IMG/VR virus record: IMGVR_UViG_2740892232_000004
DNA from: a virus
Lineage: Duplodnaviria > Heunggongvirae > Uroviricota > Caudoviricetes
Direction: 5' to 3' (one strand)
DNA length: 41,358 nucleotides
Under the pieces are notes generated by a model, which was not told the origin of the DNA, made no database searches, and saw only the letters and a list, made by a program, of their open reading frames with translations. Of this stretch, positions 27,112 through 36,145 are shown in pieces (positions within the stretch are counted from its first letter, which is position 1; each line of letters opens with the position of its first letter). A program made the position numbers and the translations under genes.

Positions 27112-28587
27112 TTAAGCATAGGGATCGTAATCTGTGATGGCCTTGCCTTGCTGGTTCTGCTGACCGGGAATTCGCAGACGCTTCGACACAGGGAACGCAA
27201 ACGTCAGCAGTAGCGCATCGCCTTTACCAGGAGAACGCCCAAGTCGCTCTTTGATATCTTCCTTCGGTTCGATAACGATTTTACCGTCCACTCGAACTTT
27301 GTACTCTGCTGCCGACAGGTCGTCCGCTGTTTCCTGGTCATCCAGCATGCCGCCCAGCCTCAGCCATGTCTTGCATGAATTGAACATCTCCCCACGCTTG
27401 TTGAGCATCTGCGGGTCAGTAGACGCGCCACCGAACGGAACAAGTTGCCATGTACGACCCCATCCGTCACCGATTGACTTCAGACCGGTTCCGTAACCGA
27501 AGTCGATGAACACCGCGTCAGCCTGATACTGGTCTTCAAAGTCAGCGATACGCTTCGCCATAATCAGATCGTCGGTAGTCTTGTTGCCAGTCCACAGCAC
27601 CTTACTGTGTAGCCCCTGCCGCAGGTATATCACCGCGTCATCAACGCCTGAATATGCCGGGTCAACACCGATTATCACCGGAGCATGCGCCACCTGCGCA
27701 GCGGTTACCACCCGTTTCATTGCCTCATCAGTAAGACCGGTAGGGATAAACTGCAATTCAGATGCATCAGGGAATATGCCGCGCACACGGATTTTAACGA
27801 AGTCGCTGTCTTCCCCGTAGTCATCAACCCATTTCTGCAACTGCTGTTTGTTAGTGCCTTCCACCGTTCGGCTGTCAATCTGCGCAGTTTTCCAGCGGTG
27901 TTTATATTTGCGGAAACATTCGCGGAAACGTCCGGTATTACGCGTCGGGTTTCCGAACGCCACCCAGATAATCTCAGTGTCTTCGTCCGTTAGTGCACCC
28001 TCGGCAACTTCCCACACCAGATCCGCAATGTTCGACGCTTCATCGAATACCACGATGATGCGTTTGCGCTCGTTGTGTAGTCCGGCGAATGCCTCAGTGT
28101 TGTGCTCAGACCAGGGGATTGCGTCAGCTCGCCACCGCTTGTCGTGTCCAGGATCATTGCTGTACATCGCGGTAGCGGTACAGGTAAACCAGTCTTTCGT
28201 GATAGCAAGGTTCGACCACTTGATAATTTCCGGCCAGGTCTTCGTTCGTAGCTGGTTGTCGGTGTTGGCGGTCACCACGACCTTACAATCCTCGCAAGTG
28301 GACATGCCCCAGTTGATCAGCATTGAGATGAATGCGGATTTACCAATACCGTGACCCGAAGCACGTGCCAGCATAAGCGGCTGATAGCGCGTCTCTGGAT
28401 TCTGCAGGTGATCACGTATCTCTCGGAACGCATCAGCCTGCCACTGACGTGGGCCGGTAGCATGTGCCAGTTCAGTCCCCTCTTCCCCCCACGGGAACGC
28501 ATAGAGGGCATAGCCAAGCGGATCGTGAGTGAACCCTGCAATATCCTCGATCAACTGCTCTTCAGGAGATAACGCTGTATCTGTCAC
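27112..28587 (-). CDS. Terminase large subunit
   Basis: 491 aa; Walker A-like SGHGIGKS; acidic nuclease-type C-terminal half; start overlaps small-subunit stop. Confidence 0.85.
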   Translation of the reverse strand: MTDTALSPEEQLIEDIAGFTHDPLGYALYAFPWGEEGTELAHATGPRQWQADAFREIRDHLQNPETRYQPLMLARASGHGIGKSAFISMLINWGMSTCEDCKVVVTANTDNQLRTKTWPEIIKWSNLAITKDWFTCTATAMYSNDPGHDKRWRADAIPWSEHNTEAFAGLHNERKRIIVVFDEASNIADLVWEVAEGALTDEDTEIIWVAFGNPTRNTGRFRECFRKYKHRWKTAQIDSRTVEGTNKQQLQKWVDDYGEDSDFVKIRVRGIFPDASELQFIPTGLTDEAMKRVVTAAQVAHAPVIIGVDPAYSGVDDAVIYLRQGLHSKVLWTGNKTTDDLIMAKRIADFEDQYQADAVFIDFGYGTGLKSIGDGWGRTWQLVPFGGASTDPQMLNKRGEMFNSCKTWLRLGGMLDDQETADDLSAAEYKVRVDGKIVIEPKEDIKERLGRSPGKGDALLLTFAFPVSKRLRIPGQQNQQGKAITDYDPYA

Positions 28588-29177
28588 TGATTACCATCCT
28601 GACGTTCTTTGAGTCGCTTCCTGGCTGCTGCTATGCGATCAGCAATTGTCACATTCACATTAACATCCAGACGTTCTTTGAACGCGTTGACATCAACATG
28701 CTTACCAATCAGCTCAAGGTTCTTCACCTTGTCAGGCCATTTAATTTTTTTGAGGATTGTCTCTATCGAATCCTCGTTCATGTTCATGATGGTCGATGAC
28801 AGATCAAAGCCACTAAGCGTAGTGCGCCAGATTTTCGGCCACTCACGGATTGGTTTAAGGCTCCCATCGTCGTTGAGGATGTCGATCACGTCCATCTGGT
28901 CGATCTCCACCAGGCGCATGAGAACGTAATCAGCACTGACGCGCATTCGTTTGTTGCGCTCCTCCATCAACTCGGCAATCCGTTTTTGAATGCGTTCATC
29001 GCGCATCATGACACTGGCTTTAACTGCCGCTGTATTTGGGGAGAATCCTGCGTTAATCGCTGCCTGAGTCTGGTTTTCAGGCGTTTTGATGTATGACTGG
29101 CAATAAGCCTCCTGCATTGCTGTTAGTGGCTTAAATTGCGTTGATTTGCGTTTATAGGTTTTAGGTTCAGCAGGCAT
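28584..29177 (-). CDS. Terminase small subunit
   Basis: Immediately upstream of and overlapping the large subunit; start set at the internal Met pair because the track ORF 5' end runs through a terminator hairpin. Confidence 0.6.
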   Translation of the reverse strand: MPAEPKTYKRKSTQFKPLTAMQEAYCQSYIKTPENQTQAAINAGFSPNTAAVKASVMMRDERIQKRIAELMEERNKRMRVSADYVLMRLVEIDQMDVIDILNDDGSLKPIREWPKIWRTTLSGFDLSSTIMNMNEDSIETILKKIKWPDKVKNLELIGKHVDVNAFKERLDVNVNVTIADRIAAARKRLKERQDGNQ

Positions 29178-29196
29178 CATAACCACCGTGGTAATA

Positions 29197-29213
29197 GTTA
29201 CCGTTGTGGTAAT
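29197..29213. repeat. Palindromic motif GTTACCG-TTG-TGGTAAT (copy 6) within tandem ACTATTACCAC direct repeats
   Basis: TTACC-N5-GGTAA core just upstream of the terminase small-subunit start. Confidence 0.45.
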
Positions 29214-29221
29214 AGTACCAT

Positions 29222-29249
29222 GCAAAATAAAGCCGCCATAGTTGGCGGC
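29222..29249 (-). terminator. Minus-strand rho-independent terminator between the late promoter region and terminase genes
   Basis: GCCGCC-AACTAT-GGCGGC (minus-strand sense) followed by TTTATTTTG. Confidence 0.6.
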
Positions 29250-29290
29250 AGTATTCAAAACCCATCAAATTCATCATGCATAATCTACTC

Positions 29291-29302
29291 GTGACATGTC
29301 AC
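29291..29302. repeat. 12-bp perfect palindrome GTGACATGTCAC (copy 3 of 3)
   Basis: Lies between a TTAATA -35-like and a TAGATT -10-like hexamer on the minus strand, about 40 nt upstream of the terminator at 29222-29249. Confidence 0.6.
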
Positions 29303-29535
29303 ACTATTAATTTCGTTTCATGCCAGCCTTTAGTCACCCAGCATTGCGAGTCACCATTACACGGGCATGAATTAACTGGAACTCTCTCGCCGCACTTACC
29401 GCAACATTTTCTGCTGATCGATTTTATACGCCCGCGCACGCGTGCATCATCCTGGCGGATCAGTAACGCGATGTACTCGGCCATTTCATAGGGATCGCGA
29501 CCAGGGCGCCGGGCGGCGCAGTTCCGCGCCAGCAT
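29299..29535 (-). CDS. Small Cys-rich (zinc-finger-like) protein; candidate late-gene regulator
   Basis: ATG with AGGAG RBS (track ORF extends to a GTG at 29646); C-terminal CCGKCG…CPC…C cluster; last gene before the late promoter-like region. Confidence 0.45.
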   Translation of the reverse strand: MLARNCAARRPGRDPYEMAEYIALLIRQDDARVRGRIKSISRKCCGKCGERVPVNSCPCNGDSQCWVTKGWHETKLIV

Positions 29536-29629
29536 TTCCTGCTCCTGCTTATCCAGCACCAGTTCAATTTTGCGCTCACCGGCGGCGGACTGCCGAGCGC
29601 GCTGCGCGGCTTTGCGTTCTGCGGGGGAT

Positions 29630-29751
29630 TTAGCCACGAATCGCACTCCACGCCAGATTGATTAATGACTCCCAGGTAATATAAACCCGGATACCAGCAG
29701 CCAGGCCGAAACCAATCACCATGGCATAAAGCAGAGCGTTGCACTTGTTCA
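29630..29751 (-). CDS. Small hydrophobic membrane protein (40 aa)
   Basis: GGAGGTG RBS then ATG abutting the stop of the upstream gene; single TM helix. Confidence 0.4.
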
Positions 29752-30759
29752 TCACTTCACCTCCTGCGGCGGTTCTGGTAGCGGCATCCAGAACAAGGCG
29801 TTCCCTAACCACGATAAAGTGCCGTCGCTCAACTCCACGTATTCCCCTTGTACCTGTCCTGCCATATACTCGCCGTGCTTTGAATAAATTAAAATCCAAT
29901 CATCTTGAGGGGGCATTCGCTCACTACAGCTTATCCAACCATCCGGAGTCACCGGAAGCGAGAACGGCAGCACATCTCTGTGAACAAGTTTTTGCTGTGA
30001 CAGGTTATCCAGAACTTTCTGTACTGCTGCATCACCGAATACACCAAGCGCATCTGCCATAACTCCTACAACCTGATAAGCCTCAGCGCATACCGTGGAT
30101 AAACCATCCGGAATATCCGGATAGTTGCCTGCCAGTCTACGCAAAACAGCCTTAACAGCCTCAATACGGTCATCATCGTAACTTTCCGCCGTATCTATGC
30201 GGTCGAGCATGATGATTGCGTTATCAATATCAGGATTGCCGGTCCACTCATTACCGCGATTGGATTCGGCAGCCTGGTTGCCGCGTACTGGTTGATTGTC
30301 GGCTTTACCCAGTCTGTCGTCGCTGCATGAATGCCCTTCCAGCCAGGCCAATGCTTGTCGCATGAAATACGCAATATGTTTGCCGTGGTAATCGTCTTCA
30401 TCGATGTGAAAAGCGATACTACGAATGTATTCAATTGCGTTTTCAATGGCCTCTAACGCTATCGGCGCTGGCGGAGTGGTATATAGTTTTCGACATTTGT
30501 ATATCCAACCGGCATGGTCAGGCGTGTCTGTAAAACGCAAATCGTCTTCGTAGCACTCACGACTACGTTCTTTCCATTCCGTCCACGGAACACCGCTATT
30601 CCAGGTGGGGCGAGTGCAGGACTGATACAGAACAGGCTCTGCTTCCAGCGATGCCAGAGCAATTTCATAAGCCAGGCGCTCAATATTGTCTCGCACGTCC
30701 AGGCTGCCGATTCGCTCTCTGATTTCTTTAATCAGTTCTTTGTCGGTAAAAGTAGTCAT
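29752..30759 (-). CDS. Phage protein with DUF551-like C-terminal domain
   Basis: C-terminal W/C-rich segment (WISCSERMPP…DGTLSWLGNALFWMPLPEPP) resembles the DUF551 pattern as I recall it. Confidence 0.55.
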   Translation of the reverse strand: MTTFTDKELIKEIRERIGSLDVRDNIERLAYEIALASLEAEPVLYQSCTRPTWNSGVPWTEWKERSRECYEDDLRFTDTPDHAGWIYKCRKLYTTPPAPIALEAIENAIEYIRSIAFHIDEDDYHGKHIAYFMRQALAWLEGHSCSDDRLGKADNQPVRGNQAAESNRGNEWTGNPDIDNAIIMLDRIDTAESYDDDRIEAVKAVLRRLAGNYPDIPDGLSTVCAEAYQVVGVMADALGVFGDAAVQKVLDNLSQQKLVHRDVLPFSLPVTPDGWISCSERMPPQDDWILIYSKHGEYMAGQVQGEYVELSDGTLSWLGNALFWMPLPEPPQEVK

Positions 30760-30762
30760 GTG

Positions 30763-31050
30763 TTAGTCCTCATCCACTTCAACGCCATCTTTCAGCGTGA
30801 TGCCGTGCCAATCATCAGCCCAACTGGTTAGCCCTGGCGCATCAATGCTAGGCATATAGACGCTTGCAGTGTGGTAGCCCTTATCGTTATCAATGCTGGC
30901 AACGTGCTCGCCGTTGTATGCGCTCAGCGTGTCCAGGACGCTATAAAACTTTCCTCCGGCTGCCCTGAAATCCTTTACAGCCTTCACAAGGCGATTCCAC
31001 GCTTTTTCCTGTTCTGGCGTCAGGTCGATTAATTCCTGCAAAGTTGCCAT
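30763..31050 (-). CDS. Hypothetical protein (95 aa)
   Basis: ORF in the nin-like region, tightly packed with neighbours. Confidence 0.5.
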   Translation of the reverse strand: MATLQELIDLTPEQEKAWNRLVKAVKDFRAAGGKFYSVLDTLSAYNGEHVASIDNDKGYHTASVYMPSIDAPGLTSWADDWHGITLKDGVEVDED

Positions 31051-31051
31051 A

Positions 31052-31780
31052 TCACTCTCCTTTGATGCCTATATTTACAGCCTGGCAAGCCTCTTTGAGC
31101 ACCCAGTCAATAGCGTCTTTCCATGCTCCGGTTTCGACTGACGGATTTTCACGCTTAACCTGTTCATAGAAGCGCACTGCTTTAACCAGTCCTTCCGGTA
31201 CTACTGGCGATGGCTGTTTAGCTTCTAAATCAGCAATTCTGTCAACCACGGCATCGACAGCATCTGAAAAGCCGAACCAGTTACTCCACTCCGGTCTGTC
31301 CCCGGTTGCTGCAAAGTACATATCAGCTAAAGCAGACTCAGCATGGTCACGCTCATTGATGAGTTGCTCTTCGCTTTTCTCCAGTTCAGCAATACGATTA
31401 CTTCCATCCGAGATAACACCTTCGTAATACTCACGCTGCTCGTTGAGTTTTGATTTTGTCTCCTCAAGCTCAACACGCAGCTTCCCTACCGTTAGCGCAA
31501 TATCCTCGTTCTCCTGGTCGCGGCGTTTGATGTATTGCTGGTTTCTTTCCCGTTCATCCAGCAGTGCAAGCACGGTAGCCGGATTAGCCTTGGCAACAAA
31601 ATCCCGGACTGGCTTACAATCAATCTCCGCAATGGGTTGATACGATGTGTAGCCATGCTGTCTTGTATAACTACCGTGACGAATAACGAAAAAATCACCA
31701 TTTATTTTTTTAGCCTGCCACTTATCTTCACCGGCTTTCTCTGCCGCTTCACGCAGTGCATGATAGTTAATTTTGATCAC
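31052..31780 (-). CDS. Ea22-like coiled-coil protein
   Basis: Start proposed at GTG with GAGG RBS (track ORF extends to 31861); central coiled-coil. Confidence 0.5.
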   Translation of the reverse strand: MIKINYHALREAAEKAGEDKWQAKKINGDFFVIRHGSYTRQHGYTSYQPIAEIDCKPVRDFVAKANPATVLALLDERERNQQYIKRRDQENEDIALTVGKLRVELEETKSKLNEQREYYEGVISDGSNRIAELEKSEEQLINERDHAESALADMYFAATGDRPEWSNWFGFSDAVDAVVDRIADLEAKQPSPVVPEGLVKAVRFYEQVKRENPSVETGAWKDAIDWVLKEACQAVNIGIKGE

Positions 31781-32069
31781 TGGTTGCCTCCTTTGCTGGG
31801 CTTTCGAATGTATCAAGCTCAAACAACTTAACCACGTCATCAAACAGGACATAATCGCCATCAGAATCTTCAGTCATGTCAGCGCCACAATCCTGACCGC
31901 ACGAGTCACAACCATCCATATCAAGCTCGTATCGCTTCAGGTTTGCGATATTTGATAAATTCAGCGCCAGTACAGCCAGGTCATAAACCTCTTCGGCAGT
32001 GACATCGCTGTTCAGTCCCATTTCATGGCGATATATGATTTTTCCTACTCGTTGTTTTGTGATTGTCAT
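31767..32069 (-). CDS. Hypothetical protein (100 aa), acidic, Cys cluster
   Basis: ORF with CDSCGQDCG motif; nin-like region. Confidence 0.5.
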   Translation of the reverse strand: MTITKQRVGKIIYRHEMGLNSDVTAEEVYDLAVLALNLSNIANLKRYELDMDGCDSCGQDCGADMTEDSDGDYVLFDDVVKLFELDTFESPAKEATSDQN

Positions 32070-32614
32070 TTTTGCTCACCGCCCTGTTCTTCCAGAAAAA
32101 TACGCATAGCCTCAAGCATCTCTTCGGTGTCATACGGTGACAACTTGTCACGCAGGATGTGTTCAATGCTGTTAATGAACTTGCGGATTGCTTTGCGTTC
32201 AATTTCAGCCAGGAAAGCGTCGGTGGCTTGGGTTTCGATATCGTTAATTTCAGGAAGAATCTCTTCCCATGTAGCGATATCGCCATTCAAATGCCATCCG
32301 GCAATTCCACTGGAGTTATCCGCAACACTGCGAACGGCTTCAATAGTTTCATGCATTGCCGCATTCTCCGCTGCCAGCGCCGAAAACTTCTCGTGTGCCA
32401 ACTTAACAGCCGCATCAGCCTGCTTAATTGACTCAATCGCTTTCTGCTGGTCTTCGGCCAGCGCATTAGCACGCACCAGTTGCACTTCCAGTTGCGTTGC
32501 CAAATCGCTGATCAGCTTTGCCACACTGCGCATATCAACGGCACCACATTCTGCTTTCAGTTCCGAAGCCATCTCATGCCCGGCGGCAACTAACCCTTTG
32601 ATATTACTTTCCAT
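32066..32614 (-). CDS. Hypothetical coiled-coil protein (182 aa)
   Basis: ORF coupled to downstream gene; Ala/Glu-rich helical. Confidence 0.5.
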   Translation of the reverse strand: MESNIKGLVAAGHEMASELKAECGAVDMRSVAKLISDLATQLEVQLVRANALAEDQQKAIESIKQADAAVKLAHEKFSALAAENAAMHETIEAVRSVADNSSGIAGWHLNGDIATWEEILPEINDIETQATDAFLAEIERKAIRKFINSIEHILRDKLSPYDTEEMLEAMRIFLEEQGGEQK

Positions 32615-32675
32615 CTTTACCCTCGCTTATCCACATAACTTATTGATTACATTGATAACTAAAAAGATCGTCGAT

Positions 32676-33020
32676 TCAGAACTCTTCGATGTTCCAGCCA
32701 CCACCTGCTTTCTTTGGTTTAACCGTTACCCCGATGATTCGGAACGGATACTGATCTGCGGCGACTTTGGTTTTCACCCTGGCGTCGTCGGTCCAGAAAC
32801 CTTTCACTTCGTGCAGTTCCATCTCTCCGGTGGCGAGCATCACAGCGAAATCGGGCGTATAGAACGTGTTGTCAGCTAACCGCAGCTTGATACCCTCGAA
32901 TCGATACCAGGCGATTTCCCCTGCACGTTTACGCTGCTCAAGGTGCTGGCAATACGCAGATTCTGTTTTGTTCATCTGGCCTGTTTTGAGTCGACCAAGA
33001 GCCTGTATCTGTTTTCTCAT
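32676..33020 (-). CDS. DUF1064-like putative nuclease-fold protein
   Basis: 114 aa with …YTPDF…E…K pattern; start codon abuts palindrome copy 7, whose AGGT arm sits in the RBS position. Confidence 0.55.
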   Translation of the reverse strand: MRKQIQALGRLKTGQMNKTESAYCQHLEQRKRAGEIAWYRFEGIKLRLADNTFYTPDFAVMLATGEMELHEVKGFWTDDARVKTKVAADQYPFRIIGVTVKPKKAGGGWNIEEF

Positions 33021-33022
33021 GA

Positions 33023-33039
33023 TTTACCTCTAAGGTAAT
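33023..33039. repeat. Palindromic motif TTTACCT-CTA-AGGTAAT (copy 7)
   Basis: Two nt upstream of the 32676-33020 gene start codon. Confidence 0.55.
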
Positions 33040-33084
33040 TAAAAACCATATAAGACACGAAATCAATAGAGTTTAGAATATTTT

Positions 33085-33101
33085 GTTACCTTGTAGGTAA
33101 T
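33085..33101. repeat. Palindromic motif GTTACCT-TGT-AGGTAAT (copy 8)
   Basis: Between a weak terminator after the P-like gene (about 33111-33135) and copy 7. Confidence 0.55.
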
Positions 33102-33137
33102 TGTTGAGGCGTAAAAAAATGCGCTATCGCGCTGGTA

Positions 33138-33914
33138 TTACTTGATAAATCCTGCCGCCTTTCCCCGCCTGTATTCCTCCATCAGCCACTGCGCCGGTGT
33201 TATTCCCCCAAGGGTGGCGGCGTTAGGCATGCACCCGAAACTTCGCCCTGGTGGATGGTAAACGTCTCTCCCTGTGTCCGGAGGTGTACTCATGGGCTCT
33301 GGCTTTGCCTGTATGCTGATCACCGGATCGGGTATCTGCTGTCCGGAAGCCACCTTTTTCGCCCAATCATCGAGCAGCCTGCGCGCGTGTTTCTCAACCT
33401 CACTCTCGCTAAGCTGGCGCTGATACATTGCACGACGGGTATCACATACGACCCAGTACATAACCGGATGCCGCCACGGGAATCTTTCGGGACCACCAGG
33501 ATATAAACTTTTTTCCTTGCTGTACCGGTGAAACTCCGCCATCACATCGTCAATGGTGACGCCAAGAACCATCTTGCTGTCTTTGCACCACTTGATGAAT
33601 TGCCCTGGCGACGGCCAGAACGGAGATTCACTGGCGCGGGCGTGGCGCATACCAGCGTTAACCTGTTCCATTGTAGTGATCCCATTCTCCAGAAACGCAA
33701 GCATCCATTGCTTACGGAATTCATTAAGTTTGTTCTGCTCCCTTATGGTCGAAACGCTTGCAGGAAATGCAGCCTGTAACTGGACAAATAGTTCATTGAA
33801 AATTCTAGCAACCTGCTCCTTTTTGCCATTGCTGTCACGCCGCTCTTCATGCACAGCAACACCATGCTCACGTAAGCGATCGTACTCATTGAGAAGTTCT
33901 GGAGTTGATTTCAT
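33138..33914 (-). CDS. P: Replication protein P-like (helicase loader)
   Basis: Central region …FPAS…QNKLNEFRKQWMLAFLENGITTMEQVNAGMRHAR…PFWPSPGQFIKWC closely matches lambda P as I recall it. Confidence 0.8.
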   Translation of the reverse strand: MKSTPELLNEYDRLREHGVAVHEERRDSNGKKEQVARIFNELFVQLQAAFPASVSTIREQNKLNEFRKQWMLAFLENGITTMEQVNAGMRHARASESPFWPSPGQFIKWCKDSKMVLGVTIDDVMAEFHRYSKEKSLYPGGPERFPWRHPVMYWVVCDTRRAMYQRQLSESEVEKHARRLLDDWAKKVASGQQIPDPVISIQAKPEPMSTPPDTGRDVYHPPGRSFGCMPNAATLGGITPAQWLMEEYRRGKAAGFIK

Positions 33915-34716
33915 CCCACACCCCTTCTATCCAGTCAGTGTTATTCCAGTCAAGCTCATCGCTTTTCCCGGCATTTTTTGATTTTCCCCTGATATGATTT
34001 ACGTGCCTGGCGAATTTTTGTTCCCACTGAACCTGCGTGAACACTTTGCCCTCAGCCATCCAGTAATCCCGGAATGCAGCAAGTTCAGCAGGTGTAAATT
34101 CCGGTTCCGGCAGGGCCGTTCCCCACAGCGCAGCACGCCGCCGAAAATCTGGCGACGGTAGCCAGCCATCTGTCATCGGAAATTTCCCGATGGGTTCACT
34201 CAGGCCATCCAGAAATTCAGGTTCTGCCACCTGCAACGGCGTACTGTTCGCTTCACTGGTCGGAGCACCCTCGCGCACGTGCGCTATGTGTGGGGTTTTA
34301 TATATATCTTCCTCTTCCTCTTCCTCTGGTAACTCCTTTTGTAACGCTGTTGGCGTTACTTTTTGCGTTACTCGTTTTCTATGCTCTGCCACTCTTCTAT
34401 TCGTAAGTGCACGTTTTTTCGATGATTCTCCATTATGTCGCTCAAAGTTTGGAAGAATTAGTTTGCCGTCATGATAAGCAAGCCATCCGACGCTAATGAG
34501 GGCGTCAGCAAATCCTGTAATAAAAGCGAGTCTATCAAGTACTCCTTTTGTAACGCTGCCAGCGTTACCGTCTATTGTTTGCTGGTCAGCCCATGCCCAT
34601 ATACGAACCAGCTTTCCAAGAACAGCATCTGGATCAATACCCAGAATTTCTGCTATCTGAAAAATTTCAGGTTTATCAGGAGTGATAACTTCAACCTTAA
34701 TCCAGCTGCTTGCCAT
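33886..34716 (-). CDS. Replication initiation protein O-like (replisome organiser)
   Basis: Upstream of and overlapping P; ATG with GAGGGG RBS (track ORF starts at GTG 34734); acidic EEEEEE linker. Confidence 0.6.
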   Translation of the reverse strand: MASSWIKVEVITPDKPEIFQIAEILGIDPDAVLGKLVRIWAWADQQTIDGNAGSVTKGVLDRLAFITGFADALISVGWLAYHDGKLILPNFERHNGESSKKRALTNRRVAEHRKRVTQKVTPTALQKELPEEEEEEDIYKTPHIAHVREGAPTSEANSTPLQVAEPEFLDGLSEPIGKFPMTDGWLPSPDFRRRAALWGTALPEPEFTPAELAAFRDYWMAEGKVFTQVQWEQKFARHVNHIRGKSKNAGKSDELDWNNTDWIEGVWDEINSRTSQ

Positions 34717-34891
34717 AGGTTTCCCCTCTTGCACTCTTTAGTGCACAAGCAAATTCATTACGATGGCGGTTGGCGCTATTCATTGCACATTCAACACATG
34801 TTCCGTTCAGAACATACCTTTCAGAGAGATGGCCGTGACGGCACCGCTTTCCTGTGAAATAGCGATTTAACCCGGCTTTTGCGGCCTCCAT
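34697..34891 (-). CDS. Small zinc-finger-like protein (65 aa), cII-position
   Basis: CRHGH…CVEC motif; lies between the cro-like and O-like genes; weak RBS. Confidence 0.4.
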   Translation of the reverse strand: MEAAKAGLNRYFTGKRCRHGHLSERYVLNGTCVECAMNSANRHRNEFACALKSARGETYGKQLD

Positions 34892-35057
34892 TCTGGTTAC
34901 TATCTTCAATTTTTCCGCCCCTTTTTGTTATTGATATTGGCTATTTTGCACAATTGGAAAATTTGATCAACCAGATTTGGTTTTTTATTACCCTTAAGGT
35001 GCGAATAGATATGAAAAGACCGCCGGATGGCGGTCTACAGAGGGTTGTGGCTGGATA

Positions 35058-35288
35058 TCATGAGTAGAAGAAGTATGCCAGTTCTGCTTTTGAGCGCAGC
35101 CATTGTCTTGTTTTACAGGCTTTAAAAAGCCCATTCATCAATACTTTACCTGGCATTTTGCGCTTGCCTGTTAAGTGAGTCTGGATATAGTGACTCGTCG
35201 TTCCGGCTTCCTGTGCGAAGGCTTCACGCTCATCCGGAGTAAGTGCAAGCCAGTGCTTTTTGAAATCGAAATGTCCGTTATCGCTCAT
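35058..35288 (-). CDS. Cro-like HTH regulator
   Basis: 76 aa, HTH-like segment, first gene of the replication operon, divergent from the CI-like gene. Confidence 0.6.
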   Translation of the reverse strand: MSDNGHFDFKKHWLALTPDEREAFAQEAGTTSHYIQTHLTGKRKMPGKVLMNGLFKACKTRQWLRSKAELAYFFYS

Positions 35289-35354
35289 AGCTATTGCCTG
35301 ATATTTATTTCAGATAATAAATATTCACCCATAAGGTAACAAAAATCAAGGATA

Positions 35355-35388
35355 GTTACCTATGAGGTGCATTTACCTGTTGGGTAAT
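35355..35388. promoter_or_regulatory. Immunity-region operator cluster (degenerate TTACC-N5-GGTAA copies)
   Basis: GTTACCT-ATG-AGGTGCA and TTTACCT-GTT-GGGTAAT, plus an AGGTAAC half-site at 35334-35340, between divergent cro-like and cI-like starts. Confidence 0.5.
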
Positions 35389-35442
35389 ATTGCTTTAAAT
35401 TGAATCATCTACTGATTCATATATGAGGCGATTTTCCAGAAA

Positions 35443-36027
35443 ATGAAAAGTATCCAGGACGTCCGCAGGCAAAATCTCAACGACTTGATCGACCGTGAAT
35501 TCAATGGTGTTCAGACGCGGATGGCAGAAAAACTTGGAACTCAGGCAAATCTGGTAAACCGCTGGGCTCTTGGCAAGAAGGTTATCGGCGACCAGGTTGC
35601 ACGAAAAATTGAAGCTGCCGCCAATAAACCCCGTAACTGGCTTGATATTGATCGTTCGCTTTCTCAGGAGGGTTTTCAGCCTGTCGGCCCGAGCGATATA
35701 GGTCAGCTGGCGGCTCACAACCTGGAACGCTGGATGAGCGAAAGCCGCGACCTTTCAACACAGGGAAAACTTCACCGCGCATCCGGCGTCGCCCAGGTGA
35801 CAATCAGCCGCCTGTTAAACAATGAGGTCAGCGTTTCCATTTCCACCCTGGAGAATGTTGCATCCGCATTCGGGCGTCACGGATATGAACTACTGATTCA
35901 CCCGCACGACCCTGCGACTATCAACTATGACCGCTCACGCTACGCATTGTTACCCGAAACCGAGAAAGCAAAGATCGAAAGTTACATTGAATTTGTCATC
36001 AACCAGAACGAAAAAAGCAAACAATAA
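35443..36027 (+). CDS. CI-like repressor with two HTH-like segments and no LexA-type (S24) autocleavage domain
   Basis: 194 aa; HTH-like regions around residues 25-45 and 105-135; no GDSM / Ser-Lys dyad motif; no obvious SD upstream of ATG. Confidence 0.65.
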   Translation: MKSIQDVRRQNLNDLIDREFNGVQTRMAEKLGTQANLVNRWALGKKVIGDQVARKIEAAANKPRNWLDIDRSLSQEGFQPVGPSDIGQLAAHNLERWMSESRDLSTQGKLHRASGVAQVTISRLLNNEVSVSISTLENVASAFGRHGYELLIHPHDPATINYDRSRYALLPETEKAKIESYIEFVINQNEKSKQ

Positions 36028-36048
36028 AACTATAGTTTTCAGTAAGTA

Positions 36049-36072
36049 AGCCGCCTCATGGCGGCTTTTTTA
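36049..36072 (+). terminator. Rho-independent terminator after the cI-like gene
   Basis: AGCCGCC-TCAT-GGCGGCT followed by T6. Confidence 0.7.
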
Positions 36073-36083
36073 TTGCCAGATAG

Positions 36084-36100
36084 ATTACCTTACGGGTAAT
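36084..36100. repeat. Palindromic motif ATTACCT-TAC-GGGTAAT (copy 9)
   Basis: Upstream of the early recombination operon. Confidence 0.55.
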
Positions 36101-36145
36101 TTTTTTAACTCATATCTATTGACACCAAACCAAATAAGCATAATT

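Noticed and set aside
29442-29744. Overlapping ORFs 29442-29633 (+) and 29460-29744 (-) in the GC-rich segment
   Set aside because: High-GC stretches create spurious ORFs on both strands; neither has an RBS, and both conflict with the better-supported minus-strand genes.
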